In this document: piece by piece, positions 32,486 through 40,876 of the stretch
Numbering within the stretch: position 1 is the first letter of the stretch
How the letters are laid out: every line of letters starts with the position of its first letter
Assembly: GCA_041483195.1 (NCBI GenBank)
Contig: JBGPFC010000008.1
Span: forward strand, 32,001-96,000
Reading direction: 5' to 3'
Source: Candidatus Eiseniibacteriota bacterium
GTDB taxonomy: Bacteria; Eisenbacteria; RBG-16-71-46
DNA: 64,000 bases
Position numbers and translations under genes: made by a program
Notes under the pieces: generated by a model
What the model saw: only the letters and a program-made list of their open reading frames with translations
Told to the model about the DNA's origin: nothing
Database searches by the model: none

Positions 32486-32971
32486 TCAGGCCGGGTCGAC
32501 CAGGAACAGCTTCTGGCCGAACTCCACCGGATGGGCGTTCTCCACCAGGATCTCGACCACCCGTCCGCGCACTTCCGACTCGATCTCGTTCATGAGCTTC
32601 ATGGCTTCGATGATGCAGACCGTCTGGCCCACCTCGACCATGCTGCCCACTTCTGCATAGAGATCGGCGTCGGGCGCGGGCGCCCGGTAGAAAGTCCCGA
32701 CCATCGGAGACGTGATCGCGACGAGCCGCTCGCTTTTCGCGGGAGCCGCGGGGGCGTTCGCGCCCGGGGCGTGCCCCGCTCCTGCCGTCACCGGAGCGGG
32801 GGATTGACCGGCCGCGCCCGCGGCCGGAAACGCCACGGATACCGGAGCGCCTGGTTGGGCGGAGATTCGAACCGCCCTGCCGCCGGAACTGACCTCGATC
32901 TCACCGATGCCGGTGCGCTGAACCAGGCGGATGAGCCGACGAAGCTCCGCGAAATCGATGCCGCCTGGCAT
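32486..32971 (-). CDS. accB: Biotin carboxyl carrier protein; possible upstream GTG start at 33067
   Basis: SPMVGTFYRAP, EAMKLMNEI biotinylation motif. Confidence 0.93.
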   Translation of the reverse strand: MPGGIDFAELRRLIRLVQRTGIGEIEVSSGGRAVRISAQPGAPVSVAFPAAGAAGQSPAPVTAGAGHAPGANAPAAPAKSERLVAITSPMVGTFYRAPAPDADLYAEVGSMVEVGQTVCIIEAMKLMNEIESEVRGRVVEILVENAHPVEFGQKLFLVDPA

Positions 32972-33047
32972 CGCGCTTCCGGCGTTATCGTCGCGGTTGG
33001 GAGTCGACTTGACCGGTTTGCTGGTGCGCGCGGCGCGGCGCGCGCGC

Positions 33048-33500
33048 TTAGGTCTCGCGGGCGGCACGGGTGAGGTGCCCCGCCAGCGCCCGAAGCGCCA
33101 GCCGGTAGCTGTCGGCGCCGAACCCCTGGATCACGCCCAGGGCGACACCCGACACGGTGGATGCATGACGGAAGCTCTCTCTCGATTGGGGATTCGACAC
33201 GTGCACCTCGACCACCGGCAGACCGGCCGCCGCGACCGCATCGCGCAGCGCGACGCTGCCGTGGGTGAGCCCTCCCGGGTTGAGCAGGACGCCGTCGGCG
33301 TGCGTCCTGGCATCGTGGAGCGCGTCGATCAACACACCCTCATGGTTGGACTGGCGACAGGTGACCTCGCAGCCGAGCTCCGCGCCGAGACTCTGAAGTC
33401 CGCGATCGATGCTCTCCAGCGTGGTGTGGCCGTACACTTCCGGCTCGCGGGTACCCAAGGCGTTGAGATTGGGGCCGTGCAGGACGAGGATGCGGGGCAT
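33048..33500 (-). CDS. aroQ: Type II 3-dehydroquinate dehydratase
   Basis: [34 protein letters not shown]. Confidence 0.97.
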   Translation of the reverse strand: MPRILVLHGPNLNALGTREPEVYGHTTLESIDRGLQSLGAELGCEVTCRQSNHEGVLIDALHDARTHADGVLLNPGGLTHGSVALRDAVAAAGLPVVEVHVSNPQSRESFRHASTVSGVALGVIQGFGADSYRLALRALAGHLTRAARET

Positions 33501-33526
33501 CGAGCCTCGACGATCGCCGCGCCCGC

Positions 33527-34630
33527 TCAGGCGCAGGCGCCAGCTTCAAGCAGCGCCGCCTGCACGAGGCGGCCGGATATCAGGCGCGGCACGCTAGCAT
33601 GGCCCACCCGAGGCGTCAACACCCAGCGCACTCCCGAAGCGCTTCGCTTCTTGTCCTGTCGCATCGCGGCCAGCAGGCGGGACAGCGGCGTCGGCGGCAT
33701 GCGGCGTGGAAGCCCGAGCGCATCGAGCACAGCTTCGAGCCTCGCACGCGCGGCGGGATCGAGGCCGGCCACGCGCACCGAGAGTGCGGCGGCGACTCGC
33801 ATCCCGATCGCGACCGCCTCGCCGTGCAGCGGTCCGCGGTAGTCCCGGCTGGCTTCGATGGCGTGTCCCAGCGTGTGCCCGAAGTTCAAGGCCGTCCGCC
33901 CGCCGCGCCGGCGTTCGTGCTCGTCCCGCCGCACGACGCGGGCCTTCGCGCGGATGGCGCGTTCGATCGCGCCAGCGAGCGCGTCGGGCTCTCCCGCCGC
34001 GAGCGCGACGAGATGCCGCTCGATCCAGGCGAACAGGCGCGGGTCCACCGCCATGCCGGCCTTCACGACCTCCGCGAGACCCGCGCGGCGCTGCCGCGCC
34101 GGTAGCGTGGCGAGCAGGTGCGGATCCACCAGCACCCCGACCGGCTGGTGAAACGCGCCCGCCAGATTCTTCCCGGCGGGGAGATCGACCGCGGTCTTCC
34201 CCCCGACGCTGCTGTCCACCTGTGCGAGCAGGGTGGTCGGCAGGGCGATCCAGTCCACGCCCCGCAGGTAGGTCGCGGCCGCGAACCCGGCGAGATCGCC
34301 GATCACGCCGCCGCCGAGCGCGACGATCGCGTCCTCGCGATCGAGACCCAGCTCCGTGAGGCGGTCCCAGAGGCGCGCCAGCTGCGCCGATCCCTTGGTG
34401 CGCTCCCCGGGCGCGAGCACGATCGCGGTCGCCGTGAGTCCCGCGCCCCGGAGCGACCGCAGCGCCCGCCCCGCGTGGAGCCGCGCGACGTTGCGATCGC
34501 TCACCACCGCGAATCTCCGCGCGCGCGTGACGAGTCGCGCGAACGACCCGAGCCGGACGAGCCCGCCGGGATCGATGCGCAGACGCGAACGCCGGGACGC
34601 GGACGGATATCGGATGACGAGATCGGCCAT
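33527..34630 (-). CDS. aroB: 3-dehydroquinate synthase
   Basis: [41 protein letters not shown]. Confidence 0.96.
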   Translation of the reverse strand: MADLVIRYPSASRRSRLRIDPGGLVRLGSFARLVTRARRFAVVSDRNVARLHAGRALRSLRGAGLTATAIVLAPGERTKGSAQLARLWDRLTELGLDREDAIVALGGGVIGDLAGFAAATYLRGVDWIALPTTLLAQVDSSVGGKTAVDLPAGKNLAGAFHQPVGVLVDPHLLATLPARQRRAGLAEVVKAGMAVDPRLFAWIERHLVALAAGEPDALAGAIERAIRAKARVVRRDEHERRRGGRTALNFGHTLGHAIEASRDYRGPLHGEAVAIGMRVAAALSVRVAGLDPAARARLEAVLDALGLPRRMPPTPLSRLLAAMRQDKKRSASGVRWVLTPRVGHASVPRLISGRLVQAALLEAGACA

Positions 34631-34671
34631 CGGCGCACTATACACAACCGGTTGCCGCGCGGGATCGCGCG

Positions 34672-35883
34672 CTACGGGCGCGACGGCGGAGCGGGCGGGG
34701 TCTTGAGTTGCTGGAGCTCCCGGTGGAGGCGCTGGATCTGCCGCTCGATCTCGGCGATGCGGCTCGGAGTGGGCTTCGAGTCGGCGGGAGCCACCGCCTC
34801 CGCCGCCCACTGCGGCATGGAATGCGGGGACTCGCCGAGCACGGCGCGGCCGACGTGCTGGATTTCGTCCCGCACCCAGACGAGATCGACGGTCGTGCCG
34901 GGCGGCGTGGATGCGACCCAGCGCGCGAGCTGGCCCGGGTACTCGACGCGCTCCCGGTCGAATCCCACGATGAGGTCGCCGCGCCGGAGCGCGAGCCGGG
35001 CGGCAGGCCCCGCGGGTTCGACGGTCTCGACGAGCGCGCCGATCGGCACGCTCAGGCCCGCCTCGGTCTCGCTCTGGACGCTCGCGCCACTGGTGCTCAC
35101 GCCCAGGTATCCGTGGTGCACGCGTCCGTCGCGCCTGAGGCTCTCGTACACCGGACGCACGTTCTCGACGGGCAGCACGAAGCTCATGCCCGCGGGGCGT
35201 CGCTCGCCATCGGGCGCGGCGCCGGCGCCGGGCACGCCGAGCTCGCCCTGGATGATGCCGACCAGCTCGCCCCGCGTGTTGAGCGCGGCGCCCCCGCTAT
35301 TGCCCGGATAGACGGTGTTGGTGAGCTGCAGCAGCGCCATCCGCGGCTCGGGATAGCGATACGCGACGTACCCGACGGACTGCGTGGGCTGCGCGCGGTA
35401 CGAGGTCCCGAGCGCGATCGCCCAGTCACCCACCTGGGGCGGGCGCTCCTCCGCGAACCGAATCGGCGGAAGGCGGAGCTGGGGCACGCGGAGCAGCGCG
35501 AGATTGAACACCGGATCGACCCCGACGATGTCGGCGTCCACCTGAAGCCCGTTCACGCTGCGCACCAGGACCCGATCCGCGCCCAGCACCACGCTCGCGG
35601 TGGTGAGGATCAGGTTCTCGTCGACGGCGACGCCCGATCCGACGCGGGTGTGCAACCGTTGCTCGGCACCGTGGGTGCGCGAGGCGGCCACCGCGACCGC
35701 CCGTTGCGCGAAGACGGAGACCACCGAGGCGCGTGCGGCGAGGGTGATCTGATCGACGTCGGTCTGAAGCGCGGAAAGAGCGCCCTGCGCGAATCCGGGC
35801 GCGGCATACACCAGCCCGATCCCGAGGCACAGAGACGCCAGCGTGCGGCGCACCGGCGTCACCCAGCGGAACCGGCGTCGCAT
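34672..35883 (-). CDS. HtrA/DegS-like S1C trypsin-fold + PDZ protein with degenerate catalytic triad
   Basis: Signal peptide; GSGV, PGNSGG, GYLGV (PDZ); TTASVV replaces TNxHVV and FNLAL replaces xDLAL. Confidence 0.8.
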   Translation of the reverse strand: MRRRFRWVTPVRRTLASLCLGIGLVYAAPGFAQGALSALQTDVDQITLAARASVVSVFAQRAVAVAASRTHGAEQRLHTRVGSGVAVDENLILTTASVVLGADRVLVRSVNGLQVDADIVGVDPVFNLALLRVPQLRLPPIRFAEERPPQVGDWAIALGTSYRAQPTQSVGYVAYRYPEPRMALLQLTNTVYPGNSGGAALNTRGELVGIIQGELGVPGAGAAPDGERRPAGMSFVLPVENVRPVYESLRRDGRVHHGYLGVSTSGASVQSETEAGLSVPIGALVETVEPAGPAARLALRRGDLIVGFDRERVEYPGQLARWVASTPPGTTVDLVWVRDEIQHVGRAVLGESPHSMPQWAAEAVAPADSKPTPSRIAEIERQIQRLHRELQQLKTPPAPPSRP

Positions 35884-35894
35884 GCGATGGCTCC

Positions 35895-36518
35895 TCAGAA
35901 CGAGATCACGGCCTTCTCGCCCTGCACGCCATTCGGCGATCGCGACACCGTCGCACGGCCGCGATGAAGCGTCACGGGGTCGAGGATGAATTCGACGTCC
36001 TCGCTGTGATCGAAGAGGCTGTCGGAGATTGCGGCGCCCGACGCGTTCGCCAACAGCTGGCGGCCGGCCGCGGGCGCGCTCTGATCAAGCCGCGCGGAAC
36101 CACGCGCGGCGACCGGGCTCACGATCTCGGGCTCGCGCAGCGCCCGCACGGAATTCCCGGTGGGGAGGGTGCGGTGGCCACGCGGCAACGCGCCGAGCCA
36201 TGGGAGGACGAGCGACACCACGAGGGCCGCGAGCGCGGCGGCCGCCGTGATCGAGACCCAGTGCGGGCTCGCGGCCGGGAAGCGATCGGGCGCCGGAGCC
36301 ACGCGCCGCGTGCGCGCCAGCACCCGGTCGAGCAGATCGGGGGCGGCTTCGAGGCGGGGCAGTGCGCCCGCGATCTCGACCGCCCGCGAGAATTCCTCGT
36401 ACTCCTGCCGGCACGGGACGCATGCGCCGAGGTGCGCTTCCAGCCACTCGCGCTCGGCCTGCGTGGTCTCGTCGTCCCAGTAGGATCCAAACAGCCGCCG
36501 GGCCTGCCCGCATTTCAT
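35895..36518 (-). CDS. Anti-sigma factor with zf-HC2 (ZAS) domain and one TM helix
   Basis: MKC...HLGACVPC (HxxxCxxC); ATGA overlap with sigma factor gene. Confidence 0.88.
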   Translation of the reverse strand: MKCGQARRLFGSYWDDETTQAEREWLEAHLGACVPCRQEYEEFSRAVEIAGALPRLEAAPDLLDRVLARTRRVAPAPDRFPAASPHWVSITAAAALAALVVSLVLPWLGALPRGHRTLPTGNSVRALREPEIVSPVAARGSARLDQSAPAAGRQLLANASGAAISDSLFDHSEDVEFILDPVTLHRGRATVSRSPNGVQGEKAVISF

Positions 36519-37150
36519 GAGGAACCTTCCCGTCGAAGCAGCGGTTGAAGTTTTCGCTTCAGCATGCTCCGCGCACGGTTGATGCGCGAGCGCACCGTGC
36601 CGCCCGGAATGCTGAGCACCTGTGCAATCTCCTCGTACGGCAACCCCTCGATATCGCGCAGCACCAGCGCCAGCCGGTATTTCTCCGGCACCGTCGCGAT
36701 CGCGAGCCCCATCGCCTCCTGCAGCTGCTCGCGCTCCATCCGGCTCTCGCGGCCCTCGGTCGGATCCGCCAGCTGAATCGCGCTGTCCTTGAGCGCCTCC
36801 TGGAGTGCGTCCAGGCTGAACCAGTTGCGTCTTCGTACTCGCCGGCGAATCTCGTTCTTCGCGAGGTTCGCCGCGATCGTGAAGAGCCACGTCGAGAACT
36901 TGGAGCCGCGCCGGTAGTTTCTCCGGTGGACGAACACACGCACGAACACCTCCTGCGTGATGTCGTCTCCGCATTCGCGATCGTTCAGCACCCGGCCCAC
37001 CAGGTTGATGACGCGACCTTGAAAGCGGCGGACCAACTCCGAGAACGCGCGCTCGTCATCCTCCGCGACGCGTCCCATGAGATCCTCGTCGGAGAGGCTC
37101 AGGATGGTCGGTGCGGCGGTATCACGATCGGGCGCCACGGGCTCAGTCAC
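36515..37150 (-). CDS. ECF sigma factor (RpoE/SigW-like)
   Basis: DITQEVF, KFSTWLFTIAAN, YEEIAQVLSIPGGTVRSRINRAR. Confidence 0.93.
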   Translation of the reverse strand: MTEPVAPDRDTAAPTILSLSDEDLMGRVAEDDERAFSELVRRFQGRVINLVGRVLNDRECGDDITQEVFVRVFVHRRNYRRGSKFSTWLFTIAANLAKNEIRRRVRRRNWFSLDALQEALKDSAIQLADPTEGRESRMEREQLQEAMGLAIATVPEKYRLALVLRDIEGLPYEEIAQVLSIPGGTVRSRINRARSMLKRKLQPLLRREGSS

Positions 37151-37159
37151 CCTCGTGTG

Positions 37160-37185
37160 CTACCCCGGGGAGCGGGGGCAGTTCC
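37160..37185 (-). promoter_or_regulatory. Candidate ECF autoregulatory promoter
   Basis: GGAACT-N16-GTAG on minus strand, ending 10 nt before the sigma start codon. Confidence 0.6.
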
Positions 37186-37191
37186 ACGGCG

Positions 37192-38862
37192 TTAGGGAAG
37201 GCCATCGAGCTTCGATCTCACCCGGAGATTGCCGTGATCCGCGGCCAGGCTCCGGCGGTACTGATCGCGGGCCAACTCGATGAGGCGCATGTCTTTGTAG
37301 ACATCTCCCAGGTGCTCGTACACGACCGGGTCTCCCCCGCTCAGTCGGATCGCGCGCTCCAGCTCGCGCCGCGCGTCCTCGAGACGACCGAGCCGATAGT
37401 AGACCCATCCCATCGAGTCCACGTATGCCCCGTTGTCCGGCTCCCGCTCCACGGCCCGCCGGATGAGCGCCTCGGCCTCGGGAAGATCGCGATCGTGATC
37501 GGCGAGCAGGTAGCCGAGAAAATTGAGCGCAGAGGGACTGTCGGGCCTGGCTGCGAGCACATCGCGCGCCGCCCGCTCCGCACCCGCGAGGTCACCGAGT
37601 TGCTCGCGACAGTACGAGAGATCGAGCCCGATCTCGACTTCGGCGGGAAAACGGCGCAAAGTTTCGCTCCAGATCTGGGACGCCTCGGGGAAGTGCTTCT
37701 GCGTCTGCTCGATCCGCCCGAGCAGCAGCCGTGGCCCGAGCGAGTCGGGGGCCATCTCGATCGCGCGTCGCGCCGCCGCCAGTGCCGGCTCATTCTCTGC
37801 CGCCACCGCATGGGCCCGCGCCAGGAGCATCGGCCCCCGGTAGTCGTTCGGATGGCGTCGCGACCAGCCGTCGGCGAGCTGGACCGACTCGCGATTCCGC
37901 CGGTTCCGGGCCAGCACGTCGAGACGCCGGTCCAGATTCTCGGGATCGTCCGGCCCCAGCCGCGCGATGCGGTCGAGCAGCTGAAATCCCTCGGTCGATC
38001 GACCGAGCCTGAGCGCGAGATCGGCCTCGACGGCCAGTGCGTCAGCATCCTCGGGTCGCGCGCGCGTCACCCGCTGGGACTCCCGGTAGGCGTCCGCGAA
38101 GCGCTTCTCGTCGATCAGGAGCGCCACGAGCCGCTGGCGCGTCGCATCATCGCCATCGTGGATCTTCAGGTGGCGCTGATACAGATCGATCGCCTCGCGC
38201 GGATGGCCGAGGCCCTCTTCGATCCAGCCCTGCAGGAAGAGAACCCCGGGACGGAGCGGATTGCCTGCGGCCGCCTGGGTGAGCGCCGACTTCGCGGCCG
38301 CGAAACGCCCCAGGCGCGCCTCGGCCGCCGCGAGTTGGAACCAGGACTCGCCGTCCTCCTCGTCGAGCGCGACGATGCGACGGTAGGCCCTGGCCACCAC
38401 GTCGAATCGATCCAGTTCTTCGCCAATCCGGCCGAGCGTCTTGAGATATTCGACGTGATCGGAGTCGGCGGCGACCGCGGCTTCCAGCGCGTCCAGCGCC
38501 TCAGCCGAACGGCCCAGATTGAAGAGCGCGGAGCCTTCGAGCCACAGCGCGCGCGGGTCTCGCGCATCGATCGTCAGCGCTCGCTGTGCGAACTCGAGCG
38601 AACCCGACGCGTCACCCAGCCGCGCGGCCGTCTCGCTCAATCGTCGCGCAGTCGCGATGGATCGCGGGTCGAGAGAGAGGGCACGATAGTACTCGCCCAG
38701 CGCATCGGTCCCGGCGCCACGCTCTTCGAGCAGCCGGCCCTGCGCGTATCGGCGCAGGGCCTCCTCGCTCGGAAACTGTGACGCCGCGGCGGCGGTGTCG
38801 CCGCCGGGCGCGGGGCTGGTGGTCGCGGCGCTGACCAACAGGCTGAGTGCGATATGCCACAT
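37192..38862 (-). CDS. Exported tetratricopeptide-repeat protein
   Basis: Signal peptide MWHIALSLLVSA; multiple TPRs; C-terminal ALNFLGYLLAD...YVDSMGWVYYRLG...EHLGD. Confidence 0.85.
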   Translation of the reverse strand: MWHIALSLLVSAATTSPAPGGDTAAAASQFPSEEALRRYAQGRLLEERGAGTDALGEYYRALSLDPRSIATARRLSETAARLGDASGSLEFAQRALTIDARDPRALWLEGSALFNLGRSAEALDALEAAVAADSDHVEYLKTLGRIGEELDRFDVVARAYRRIVALDEEDGESWFQLAAAEARLGRFAAAKSALTQAAAGNPLRPGVLFLQGWIEEGLGHPREAIDLYQRHLKIHDGDDATRQRLVALLIDEKRFADAYRESQRVTRARPEDADALAVEADLALRLGRSTEGFQLLDRIARLGPDDPENLDRRLDVLARNRRNRESVQLADGWSRRHPNDYRGPMLLARAHAVAAENEPALAAARRAIEMAPDSLGPRLLLGRIEQTQKHFPEASQIWSETLRRFPAEVEIGLDLSYCREQLGDLAGAERAARDVLAARPDSPSALNFLGYLLADHDRDLPEAEALIRRAVEREPDNGAYVDSMGWVYYRLGRLEDARRELERAIRLSGGDPVVYEHLGDVYKDMRLIELARDQYRRSLAADHGNLRVRSKLDGLP

Positions 38863-39018
38863 CGCATCGAGGGTAACACGCGCCGCGTTCGCGCCGGAAG
38901 CGGCACGGCTGGTTCGCGCGCCCGAGACTCTGATGAGTGGAAAAGTTCTGCCATGACGAGAATTCGCGAAGGTGGTATGAATGGACGGGACGTCCCCTCG
39001 GGTCGCAGGCAGGTGGCC

Positions 39019-40425
39019 ATGCAAACCTCAGAGCCCCAGGCGCGCATTCTCGTCGTCGACGACGAGCCGCAGACCGCGGTCGCCATCGAGCGGATGGTCG
39101 CGCACTTCGGTCACGATGTGGTGGGAGCCGACTCCGCGGAAGCCGCGATCCGTCACTTCACCGGGTCGTCGATCGACGTCGTGCTCACCGATCTCAACCT
39201 GGGACGAACCGACGGACTCGAATTGCTCCGCCGCATGCAGGAGCACGATCCCACCGTCCCGGTCGTGCTCATTACGGGGTACGCCACCGCGAATTCGGCC
39301 ATGGAGGCGATTCAGGCCGGCGCCTACGACTACCTTCCCAAGCCCCCCACGCTCGAAGCGATTGGCGCGCTGCTCCGGCGTGCGATCGAGAAGAAACGAA
39401 ACACCGAGGCGAATCGGCGGAGCGAGCTGGTTCCCGAAGTGCCCGGTCTGCTCGACGAGATCGTCTCGGGCAAGTCATCCCGCATGCTCGACGTCTACAA
39501 GGTGGTCGCGCGGGTTGCCATGGCCCGAAGCAGCGTGCTCATCCTCGGGGAAAGCGGAACCGGGAAGGAGCTGGTCGCGCGCGCCCTCCATCGCAGGAGC
39601 CCGCGCGCCGACCGCGACTTCGTCCCGGTCAACGTCTCGGCGATCCCGGAAGGGCTGCTGGAGAGTGAACTGTTCGGACACGTGCGGGGAGCCTTCACCG
39701 GCGCATCGTCCTCGCGCCGCGGCCTCTTCGATCAGGCCCACCTCGGCACGCTGTTCCTGGACGAGATCGGCGATCTCACCATCACGTTGCAGGCCAAGCT
39801 GCTGCGCGTGCTCCAGGAGCATCGCTTCAAGCCGGTCGGCAGCAACGAGGAAACGGAAGTGGACGTGCGCGTGGTCGGCGCGACCCATCGCAATCTCGAG
39901 GAGATGGTGCGGCTGGGGCGGTTTCGCGAGGATCTCTATTACCGGCTCAACGTGGTGTCGGTCTCGCTCCCGCCGCTGCGCGAACGGCGCGAGGACATTC
40001 CGATCCTGATCGAGCATTTCCTGCGCAAGTACTCGCAACAGACCGGGCGGCCCGCACCCGGAGTGTCGCCCGAGGCGATGCGCCGCGCGATGGACTTCCC
40101 ATGGCCCGGCAACGTCCGCCAACTCGAAAACGTGATCGAGCGCGCGGTGGTGCTCTCCACACAGGGAGTGATCGGACCCGAGGCCATGCCGCCGCGCCTG
40201 CCCTGGAGCGGCGGAGCGATCGCGGTGGATCGGGCCGAATTTCCGAGCCTCGACGAGATCATCCAGCGCTACGTCGAGGAGGTGCTCGCTCACACCGGGG
40301 GCAATCGTACGCGCGCGGCCATGATTCTCGGCATCTCCCGGCGCACGCTCCACAGGATGGCAGAGCGCGAGCGTCAGGGGGCCACGCGTGGCAGCGACGA
40401 CTTGACCCACATCGGGCAAGACTGA
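39019..40425 (+). CDS. Sigma54-dependent response regulator (REC-AAA+-Fis HTH, NtrC/AtoC family)
   Basis: ILVVDDE, GESGTGKE, ESELFGHVRGAFTGA, FREDLYYRLNV, WPGNVRQL, C-terminal HTH. Confidence 0.95.
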   Translation: MQTSEPQARILVVDDEPQTAVAIERMVAHFGHDVVGADSAEAAIRHFTGSSIDVVLTDLNLGRTDGLELLRRMQEHDPTVPVVLITGYATANSAMEAIQAGAYDYLPKPPTLEAIGALLRRAIEKKRNTEANRRSELVPEVPGLLDEIVSGKSSRMLDVYKVVARVAMARSSVLILGESGTGKELVARALHRRSPRADRDFVPVNVSAIPEGLLESELFGHVRGAFTGASSSRRGLFDQAHLGTLFLDEIGDLTITLQAKLLRVLQEHRFKPVGSNEETEVDVRVVGATHRNLEEMVRLGRFREDLYYRLNVVSVSLPPLRERREDIPILIEHFLRKYSQQTGRPAPGVSPEAMRRAMDFPWPGNVRQLENVIERAVVLSTQGVIGPEAMPPRLPWSGGAIAVDRAEFPSLDEIIQRYVEEVLAHTGGNRTRAAMILGISRRTLHRMAERERQGATRGSDDLTHIGQD

Positions 40426-40606
40426 CGCTCAAGTTCCAACACTCTCCTGCTACCCAAGTTGTAGCGGCACCCGCGCCGGGCTGGGACATTTCGGCGCTGC
40501 GACGCCAGACGACACGGCCCGCCCGGGAATAGATTGGCCGAGCGCGAGTCCCGCAACCCTTTACCATACGAAACGATGAGAACTACGGCCTGCGATTCTC
40601 CATCGC

Positions 40607-40621
40607 TGGCATGTGAGTTGC
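40607..40621 (+). promoter_or_regulatory. Sigma54 (-24/-12) promoter
   Basis: TGGCAT-GTGAG-TTGC fits TGGCAY-N5-TTGC with correct spacing; directly downstream of a bEBP gene. Confidence 0.75.
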
Positions 40622-40632
40622 GGCTATCTTCT

Positions 40633-40853
40633 CTATGGGGTGGACAGTCTTCCCCGCATGGACGCGGGTACGTTTGGCAACCGAGCAGACGCCGCATGAG
40701 AAGTTGGGGCCACAGACCGAGGCGCGGCGGCGCGCAGGTTGCGATTGTCTGTCGTCACCGTGTGAGGGGCACGGAGAATCCGAGGGGCCTGTCCCGATCG
40801 CGTGTGGCGGCAGTTTGGGAGCGGGGGGCGAGTGCCCCCCGCTTCATTTTCTT
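40633..40853 (+). ncRNA. Candidate sigma54-dependent small RNA (~220 nt)
   Basis: Bounded by sigma54 promoter and a +strand intrinsic terminator; several hairpins; no credible ORF. Confidence 0.5.
40818..40853 (+). terminator. Rho-independent terminator
   Basis: GAGCGGGGGGC-GAGT-GCCCCCCGCTT followed by CATTTTCTT. Confidence 0.8.
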
Positions 40854-40876
40854 GTGACCCTCGGCCGCTCCGCGAG

